Shown here: one piece after another, positions 1-6,014 of the stretch
Layout of the letters: the number at the start of each line of letters is the position of its first letter
How positions within the stretch are numbered: position 1 is the first letter of the stretch
DNA from: Octopus sinensis
Lineage: Eukaryota
DNA: 6,014 nucleotides
Direction: 5' to 3'
Assembly: GCF_006345805.1 (NCBI RefSeq)
Contig: NW_021829556.1
Span: 1 to 6,014 of the forward strand
Translations under genes and position numbers: made by a program
Notes under the pieces: generated by a model
Seen by the model: the letters and a program-made list of their open reading frames with translations, nothing else
Told to the model about the DNA's origin: nothing
Databases searched by the model: none

Positions 1-186
1 TACCTCCACCCGCACACCTTTGAAAAGAGGGCAAGCAGTTTTCAAGTTCAATGAATATTGGTAAAATGATTGTATGATGGGGGTACTTGAAAGGGCTGGA
101 AACAGAAGGAGTCACTCCTATCGATTGTTACTTCTTCCTGTAATACTTAAGTTGAAGATGAGAATAGAGTTTGTTCTCGCAAATAT

Positions 187-570
187 TTGTGGCACTCCGT
201 CAGTTGCGACGACGAGGGTTCCAGTTGATCCGATCAACGGAACAGCTTGCTCGTGAAATTAACGTGCAAGTGGGTGAGCACTCCACAGACACGTGTACTC
301 TTAACATAGTTCTCGGGGAGATTCAGTGTGACACAGAATAGGACAAGGCTGGCCCTTTGAAATACAGGTACAAGAGAAACAGGAAGAAAGAGTGAGAGAA
401 AGTTGTGGTAAATGAATACAGCAAGGTTCGCAACCACCCCCTGCAGGAGCCACGTGGAGCTTTAAGTGTTTTCGCGCAATAAACACTCACAACGCCCGGT
501 CTGAGAATCGAAACCGCGATCCTACGACCGAGAGTCTGCTGCCCTAACCACTGGGCCACTGCTCCTCCAC
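187..570 (-). mobile_element. Full-length tRNA-derived SINE (group A, head type 1) with 12-bp target-site duplication
   Basis: Minus strand begins GTGGAGGAGCAGTGGCCCAGTGGTTAGGG with a Pol III A box (TGGCCCAGTGG, 548-558) and a B-box-like GTTTCGATTCT (504-514). Flanked by the perfect direct repeat TCTCGCAAATAT at 175-186 and 571-582. Its 3' part (193-371) matches 2521-2706 in inverted orientation. Confidence 0.9.
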
Positions 571-616
571 TCTCGCAAATATATTTAAGAATTCAGAAAC
601 ACTTAGGCTTCCTGTT

Positions 617-806
617 GGTTTCAAATTTTGGCACAAGGCCAGCAACTTCGGCCTCGATGTTCAAGTGGTATTTATTTTATCGATTCCGAAAGGATAAAAA
701 GCAAAATTGATCTCGGACGAAATTTTAACTCGGAACGTCAAGACGGACGAAATGACGCTTGAACGTTTTGTCCGGCGTGCTAACGATTCTACCAGCTCAC
801 CGCCTT
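617..806 (-). mobile_element. Diverged SINE (group B) with internal deletion
   Basis: Reverse complement AAGGCGGTGAGCTGGTAGAATCGTTAGCACGCCGG...TTTGCTTTTTATCCTTTCGGAATCGATAAAATAAATACC aligns with 3018-3155 (+) and 3972-4070 (-). It lacks most of the GTCGAT-NNN-ATCGAC hairpin segment and ends GGCCTTGTGCCAAAATTTGAAACC. No TSD seen. Confidence 0.85.
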
Positions 807-1069
807 ATTTAGGTTTCATACAGTGTTTGGACAATGTGTTAAGGGAAAGAGAAGAAGGGTTGGACTTCACTAAATTACTGGTACCAAACAATGGGGGAGT
901 CCCTACGCGGTCAGCCATCCTGCTAGATATGGCAGTCCAACTTCTCTCGAATTATACCATTCCATTTTGAAAGCATACCTCGGGTAACGTAATCCTGGAT
1001 AGACGTGTCCAAACACGAAAGACGCAATGGAATTGACCTAGGGCTAAAGAATATCCGCAATAAAATAAT

Positions 1070-1197
1070 AACCGCCACCACAACTACCATCACCCATCCC
1101 AACTAACACTACTACTACACCATCACCACTACAATTAGCACCATCACTACTATCACCATCATCACCACCACCACCACCACCACTCCTCCTCCTCCTC

Positions 1198-1270
<73 letters not shown>

Positions 1271-1272
1271 CA
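1070..1272. repeat. Compound trinucleotide microsatellite (ACC/ATC/TCC/ACT)n
   Basis: Degenerate ACC/ATC units, a short (TCC)n, a pure (ACT)n at about 1203-1260, then (ACC)n. Confidence 0.95.
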
Positions 1273-1322
1273 CGCTCCAGTTCAAACCGAATAATTAACA
1301 CTGTTTCCTTATTCCTATTAAT

Positions 1323-1341
1323 TTTGTTGTTGATGTTGTTG

Positions 1342-1396
<55 letters not shown>

Positions 1397-1490
1397 CGTC
1401 ATTATCATTATTATTATTATTATCATTATCATTATTATTATTATTTTTATTATTATTATTATTATTATTGTTGTTGTTGTTGTTGTTGTT
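1323..1490. repeat. Compound trinucleotide microsatellite (TTG)n-(TTA)n-(TTG)n
   Basis: Long (TTA)n with TCA interruptions, bracketed by (TTG)n on both sides. Confidence 0.95.
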
Positions 1491-1775
1491 CATAGTACAG
1501 AGTTCTTCATATTGCTCTTGCTGATGTTGTTCTTGTAGCCAATACTACTAACCCAGTGATCAGTCTATGCGGCCATATATACCCAGTCAGTGATGTCGTC
1601 CACTTCTGACCCGAAGCGTGCTCAACTTCTGACAGGAAGTATCAGTGATAACACGCCACGAACTACTACTGGCTTACTAATAGGATGCTAATTAATGTAA
1701 TTAAGGAACCGGGTCACTGCTTAATTACCACCCGGGTATAATCTATTTACCCTTCTGACGTCTCTCTGTCTCTTC

Positions 1776-1832
1776 TCTATCTATCTATCTATCTATCTAT
1801 CTATCATCTATCTATCTATCTATCTATCTATC

Positions 1833-1865
<33 letters not shown>

Positions 1866-1909
1866 CTATATATATATATATATATATTAATATATATAAT
1901 ATATATATA
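1776..1909. repeat. (TCTA)n followed by (TA)n microsatellite
   Basis: (TCTA)n to about 1834, then imperfect (TA)n to 1909. Confidence 0.95.
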
Positions 1910-1924
1910 AACGATTATTGAATA

Positions 1925-2325
1925 CTCTCTTTACTCTTTACTCTTTTACTTGTTTCAGTCATTTGACTGCGGCCATGCTGGAGCACCGCCTTTAGTCGAG
2001 CAACTCGACCCCGGGACTTATTCTTTGTAAGCCCAGTACTTATTCTATCAGTCTCTTTTGCTGAACCGCTAAGTAACGGAGACGTAAACACACCAGCATC
2101 GGTTGTCAAGCAATGCTAGGGGGACAAACACAGACACACAAACACACACACACATACATACATATATATATATATACGACAGGCTTCTTTTCAGTTTCCA
2201 TCTACCAAATCCACTCACAAGGCATTGGTCGGCCCGGGGCTATAGCAGAAGACACTTGCCCAAGGTGCCACGCAGTGGGACTGAACCCGGAACCATGTGG
2301 TTGGTAAACAAGCTACTTACCACAC
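1925..2325 (-). mobile_element. Near full-length tRNA-derived SINE (group C) with internal (TA)n/(TG)n microsatellite and 12-14 bp TSD
   Basis: Minus strand: GTGTGGTAAG (3' part of an A-box region), B box GGTTCAGTCCC (2277-2287), CORE-like CCTTGGGCAAGT (2254-2265), internal microsatellite at about 2137-2176, and a tail of GAGTAAA(A) tandem repeats. Direct repeat ACGATTATTGAATA at 1911-1924 and 2324-2337; the first AC could belong to either element or target. Segment 1948-2136 matches 5469-5657 at 184/189 by manual count. Confidence 0.92.
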
Positions 2326-2395
2326 GATTATTGAATAGGTTGCAAAACGCAACGAAAATTTTAGAAAAAAAAAGTAAAAGAGAGGAAATCGAACC

Positions 2396-2710
2396 GGTGC
2401 ATTCGACTCACGATCGTAAAGTCGTGAGTTCAATTCCCGGCGACGCGTTGTGTCCTTGAGCAAGATACTTTATTTCCCGTTGCTCCAGTCCATTCAGCTG
2501 GCAAACATGAGTAGTGAGTAGTACCTGTATTTCAAAGGGCCAGCCTTGTGACACTCTGTGTCACGCTGAATCTCTCAGAGAACGACGTGAAGACGTTAAG
2601 GGTACGCGTGTCTGCGGAATGCTCAGCCACTTGCACGTTAATTTCACGAGCAAGTTATTCCGTTGATCGTATCAGCTGGACCCTCGTCATCATAACCGAC
2701 GGAGTGTTCC
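2396..2710 (+). mobile_element. 5'-truncated tRNA-derived SINE (group A, head type 2 with CORE-like segment)
   Basis: Partial tRNA-like head with B box AGTTCAATTCC (2427-2437) and no A box; CORE/MIR-like TTGTGTCCTTGAGCAAGATACTTTA (2448-2472); 2521-2706 is about 88% identical (manual count) to the reverse complement of 193-371. Two small internal duplications: TGAGTAG x2 at 2508-2521 and an 8-bp GACGTGAA/GACGTTAA pair at 2584-2599. Confidence 0.88.
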
Positions 2711-2767
<57 letters not shown>

Positions 2768-2842
2768 CATACATATATATATATTTATATATAAATATAT
2801 ATATATGTGTATGTATGTATGTGTGTATAATATACATATATT

Positions 2843-2873
<31 letters not shown>
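2711..2873. repeat. Imperfect (TA)n microsatellite with TACA/TGTA units
   Basis: Directly abuts the 3' end of the SINE at 2396-2710. Confidence 0.95.
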
Positions 2874-2876
2874 GTC

Positions 2877-2970
2877 AGGGTGCTGGGCTCACGACTGTAA
2901 GGTTGTGCGTTCGTTTACAATTGTCCTTCAGCAAAGTACTTCTCTCTCCTCAGTGTCCCTCCAGTCAGCT
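2877..2970 (+). mobile_element. Degenerate SINE head fragment related to 2396-2500
   Basis: GCTCACGACTGTAAGGTTGTGCGTTCG resembles ACTCACGATCGTAAAGTCGTGAGTTCA (2407-2433); TGTCCTTCAGCAAAGTACTT resembles TGTCCTTGAGCAAGATACTT; CTCCAGTC and CAGCT follow in both. Confidence 0.65.
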
Positions 2971-3017
2971 AGAATATCAGAGACAACAGCAAATGGTGTT
3001 AATTTAACGACAGACTC

Positions 3018-3235
3018 AAGGCAGCGAGCTGGCAGAAACGTTAGCATGCCGGGCGAAATGCTTAGCAGTATTTCATCTGTCTTTATGTTCTGAGTTCAAA
3101 TTCCGTCGGGTTTAACTTTGCCTTTCATCCTTTCGGGTTCGATAAATTAAGTACCATTTGTGTACTGGCGTCGATCTAATCAACTGGCCCTCTCCCCTCA
3201 AATTTCGGGCCTTATGCCTAGAGTAGAAAAGAATT
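3018..3235 (+). mobile_element. Full-length SINE (group B)
   Basis: AAGGCAGCGAGCTGGCAGAAACGTTAGC head, B-box-like GAGTTCAAATTCC (3092-3104), central TTTGCCTTTCATCCTTTCGGGTTCGATAAATTAAGTACC, tail GGGCCTTATGCCTAGAGTAGAAAAGAATT. Homologous to 617-806 and 3862-4074. Confidence 0.9.
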
Positions 3236-3400
3236 TTAGGAGAGGCTGTCAGTATATTTGTGGTCTGCCTATCTATCTTGTTTTGTGTGTGGGTGCGTAT
3301 AAAATACAGATTCAAGGAGTTATGCGGCTGTCACCATAAGCTCCTCATTCGGAATCAGCTATCAGTCAACGAAGTAACCAGAGTGAAATTGTAAATGTAA

Positions 3401-3572
3401 CCACAATGGCCTGATGAGCTAGCTTTCTTTATTTGCATTAATTTGTGAATCTACAATCGTATTGCATAATGTTGGGCATAGATATTAATGCAAAACATGT
3501 ATGCATAATTTGTGCATACTGAAATTAATATTGCTACATGAAGATGGTTACGAAACGGCTGTAGTCATATGG
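3401..3572 (+). ncRNA. Putative type I hammerhead ribozyme with minimal stem III and large branched stem II
   Basis: Core CUGAUGA (3411-3417), G3418-C3551 closing pair, GAAA (3552-3555), stem III A3555-U3562 and C3556-G3561 within near-palindromic ACGGCUGU, cleavage triplet GUA (3561-3563). Stem I AUGGC (3406-3410) pairs with GUCAU (3564-3568), extended by CCA (3401-3403)/UGG (3570-3572). Folding was done by eye only. Confidence 0.72.
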
Positions 3573-3654
3573 AAGTCGCATGAAAAAATAAATCTACCTT
3601 CACATCCCACACCTTTTGACTAAATCGACTTTATGCTATATATGTACATAGATT

Positions 3655-3760
3655 CGTAGGTGTGAATGTGTGGTAAGAATCTTGCTTCCCAACATGGTTG
3701 CGGTCCGACTCTGTGGCACCTTCGGCAAGTATCTTCTATTAAAGCCTCGAACCGGCCAAA
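3655..3760 (+). mobile_element. Degenerate 5' fragment of group C SINE
   Basis: GTGTGGTAAGAATCTTGCTTCCCAAC-ATGGTTGCGG...GTGGCACCTTCGGCAAGTATCTTCTATTAAAGCCTCGAACCGGCCAA aligns, with gaps, to the reverse complement of 2225-2325. Confidence 0.75.
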
Positions 3761-3861
3761 ACATATACACATATATAAAACATACCTGTATATATAGTGT
3801 ACGCCATGTACACTGGATTTTCGTGTCGGATTCGACGTGTGAGGGGCTGACTACTAATATA

Positions 3862-4074
3862 TATTTATTTCTTTATTGCCCACAGGGGGTAGGGGGATAA
3901 ACACAGAAGGAACAAAAAAGGACAGTCAAAGGGATTAAGTCGATTACATCGACCCCAGTGCGTAACTCGGTGGTACTCATTTAATCGACCCCGAAAGGAT
4001 GAAAGGCAAAGTCGACCTCGACGAAATTTGAACTCAGAACGTAACAGCAGACGATTCTGCCAGCTCGCCGTACT
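3862..4074 (-). mobile_element. SINE (group B) with 15-bp TSD, about 35-bp head deletion and AATAAA-containing tail
   Basis: Minus strand CGGCGAGCTGGCAGAATCGT/CTGCTGTTACGTTCTGAGTTCAAATTTCG...GCCTTTCATCCTTTCGGGGTCGATTAAATGAGTACC...TGTGGGCAATAAAGAAATAAA. Flanked by CTGACTACTAATATA (3847-3861) and CTGACTGCTAATATA (4075-4089), 14/15 identical. Confidence 0.9.
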
Positions 4075-4545
4075 CTGACTGCTAATATAGCTGTTAGACT
4101 AACCACACACATGATTTATTTTCAGTGTTGACGGCTTATGCGGGACCCGCGACACTATTTAGAAATGCTGAGAGAAGAAGGTGCAAATGTTTCGACGCCA
4201 ATTCAATGACGAGCAGACCTTTCAGGCTTTCTGTTAGAACTCTCCATCTCTTGGGTTAGATGCCTTTGCCATGGCATAGAGTCAAGTCTACCCCGTTAGG
4301 TTAAATACGCACCTGGGTACGAAACAACCGGAAATTCCTAGGTCCTCACGCCCCTCCTACCACACGCATTCACACACAGACATGACCAGATATACCTTGG
4401 TATGTATTATTTAACCGTAAAGTTACGTAAGTGACTCGGAGGCTGAGGGTTTCGTTCCTTGTTGAATGCACAAATTTACAGCCAAATGGAAATATGGATT
4501 GTCTTGCGCATCGAAGTCTCTTTCTTCGGTATACTCAAGAAACAA

Positions 4546-4817
4546 GTATATGTATGTATGTGTGTGTGTATGTATGTATGTATGTATGTATGTATGTATG
4601 TATGTATGTATGTATGTATGTATGTATGTATGTATGTATGTGTATGTATGTATGTATGTATGTATGTATGTATGTATGTATTATGTATGTGTGTGTGTAT
4701 GTATGTATGTATGTATGTATGTGTGTATGTATGTATGTATATGTGTGTGCGTGTGTGTCTGAGTGTGTGTGTATACATATTTATAGATAGATAGGTATTA
4801 TATATAATACATATATA

Positions 4818-4858
<41 letters not shown>

Positions 4859-4913
4859 TAATAAGTATGTATATGCTATACAATCAGATGTATATATATA
4901 TATATATATATAA

Positions 4914-4943
<30 letters not shown>
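4546..4943. repeat. Long compound microsatellite (TGTA)n-(TG)n-(TAGA)n-(TA)n-(TG)n
   Basis: (TGTA)n from about 4550-4740, then TG-rich, short TAGA, TA tracts and (TG)n at 4915-4943. Confidence 0.95.
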
Positions 4944-4946
<3 letters not shown>

Positions 4947-4996
4947 CATATTATTGTACATGTCTGTGTAGCAGTCTCAGTGGGGATAAATCCCAC

Positions 4997-5084
4997 TAGT
5001 AGAAGTAGTAGTAGTAGTGGTGGTGGTGGTAGTGGTGGTGGTGGTGGTGGTGGTGGTGGCGGTGGCGGTGGCGGTGGTGGTGGT
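4997..5084. repeat. Trinucleotide microsatellite (AGT)n-(GGT/GGC)n
   Basis: Directly visible tandem units. Confidence 0.95.
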
Positions 5085-5176
5085 AACAGCGGGTTTAGTG
5101 TGAAGGGAAACAGTTGTGAAAATATTGATACTATAAACATGAAATAAAACTGTCGGAAAGTTGGAGTTAATGAGTT

Positions 5177-5209
5177 GGGGGTGTTGGGTGGATGAGGGTG
5201 GGGATGGGG
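5177..5209 (+). other. G-quadruplex consensus motif
   Basis: Five G runs of at least 3 nt (5177-5181, 5186-5188, 5196-5198, 5200-5203, 5206-5209) with loops of 4, 7, 1 and 2 nt; matches G3+N1-7. Formation not shown. Confidence 0.5.
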
Positions 5210-5257
5210 TGTTTGTGTTGGTGGATAGAGATGGATGTGTAAATAAATGTACAAGAT

Positions 5258-5433
5258 GATAGATAGATAGATAGAAAGATAGATAACTGGAAGGGCATAT
5301 ATATATATAGGGAGAAAGAGAGAGAGAGAGAGAAAGAGAGAGAGGTATATATATATATATATATAGGTAGATAGATAGATAAATAGATAGATAGATAGAT
5401 AGATAAATATATGTATATATATATATATATATA
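5258..5433. repeat. Compound microsatellite (GATA)n/(TA)n/(GA)n
   Basis: Alternating GATA, TA and GA tracts. Confidence 0.95.
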
Positions 5434-5434
5434 T

Positions 5435-5661
5435 TACTCTCTTTACTCTTTTACTCTTTTACTCTTTTACTTGTTTCAGTCATTTGACTGCGGCCATGCT
5501 GGAGCACCGCCTTTAGTCGAGCAACTCGACCCCGGGACTTATTCTTTGTAAGCCCAGTACTTATTCTATCGGTCTCTTTTGCCGAACCGCTATGTAACGG
5601 GGACGTAAACACACCAGCATCGGTTGTCAAGCAATGCTAGTGGGACAAACACAGACATACA

Positions 5662-5700
<39 letters not shown>
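5435..5700 (-). mobile_element. 3' half of group C SINE, ending in its internal (TG)n tract
   Basis: 5469-5657 matches 1948-2136 with 5 substitutions; GAGTAAAA tail repeats at 5435-5470; the tRNA-like head seen at 2177-2325 is absent after the (CA)n tract. Confidence 0.92.
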
Positions 5701-5707
<7 letters not shown>

Positions 5708-5710
5708 GAG

Positions 5711-5751
<41 letters not shown>

Positions 5752-5791
5752 TATAGTAGATAGATAGATAGATAGAATGATAGATAGATAA

Positions 5792-5826
<35 letters not shown>

Positions 5827-5858
5827 ATATATATAGATAGATAGATAGATAGGTAGAT
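5701..5858. repeat. Compound microsatellite (GATA)n-(TA)n-(GATA)n
   Basis: Directly visible tandem units. Confidence 0.95.
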
Positions 5859-6014
5859 AACTTAGATATGTTTCGGCCAAAGGTTGGTCCAGGCTGTGTC
5901 TAACTTATAGCACCACACCTGATAGGATTTGTTAAATCATTTTAAGTCAGTTTTGTGATATCACGGCCCATTCAAGTAGGGAGCCGTTAACTGAGACGTG
6001 TCCCGGCATAAATG

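Noticed and set aside
500-570. tRNA-like sequence with A and B boxes (also 2396-2440 and 2270-2325)
   Set aside because: No complete cloverleaf or acceptor stem, and each continues into a SINE body; these are SINE heads, not tRNA genes.
74-970. Short ORFs of 60-87 aa, including 707-970
   Set aside because: They overlap SINE sequence and show no recognisable protein motif.
895-1005. Segment that resembles, from memory, another diverged octopus interspersed repeat
   Set aside because: No second copy, TSD or terminal structure in the window; needs a RepeatMasker or BLAST search.
1044-1524. Poly-N/S/G and poly-L ORFs (1044-1493 -, 1324-1524 +)
   Set aside because: Translations of trinucleotide microsatellites with no domain-like sequence.
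3431-3518. Octamer ATTTGCAT and several TGCAT(A)AT motifs suggesting a POU-factor enhancer
   Set aside because: The motifs are the arms of the inverted repeats in the hammerhead stem II domain, which is the simpler explanation; not fully excluded.
1915-3900. ORFs at 1915-2109, 2103-2459, 2113-2307, 2548-3093, 2655-2837, 3112-3315 and 3670-3900
   Set aside because: All run through SINEs and (TA)n tracts; no RT, endonuclease or transposase motifs.
4175-4232. Minus-strand CTGAAAGG...CGAAAC resembling a second hammerhead
   Set aside because: Core deviates from CUGANGA, there is no UH cleavage site in register and stem I pairing is poor; at most a decayed relic.
1070-5084. (ACC/ACT)n at 1070-1272 and (AGT/GGT)n at 4997-5084 as possible terminal inverted repeats of a large element
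   Set aside because: Similarity is confined to simple repeats; flanks do not match and no TSD is visible.
4431-5254. ORFs rich in CMYV, YIHT, poly-P and poly-G
   Set aside because: Stop-free frames through (TGTA)n, (TG)n and (GGT)n tracts on both strands.
1-6014. CRISPR array, operon or other prokaryotic system
   Set aside because: No repeat-spacer periodicity and no gene-dense organisation; composition is that of animal non-coding DNA.

Overview
Non-coding, repeat-saturated eukaryotic DNA with no credible protein-coding gene; the supplied ORFs are explained by microsatellites and SINEs. The repeat families and the dense (TA)n/(GATA)n/(TGTA)n tracts look like an Octopus/cephalopod genome (my recognition, not a database result). 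The window holds nine full or partial tRNA-like SINE copies from three groups, three of them with clear target-site duplications, plus seven compound microsatellite tracts. The SINEs are modular: one group shares a 3' tail under different 5' halves, another keeps the head and body but carries three different tails. The main unexplained signal is a + strand type I hammerhead-ribozyme-like fold at 3401-3572. It has an intact catalytic core, a minimal near-palindromic stem III of the Penelope/retrozyme type, and an unusually large (134 nt) branched stem II domain.
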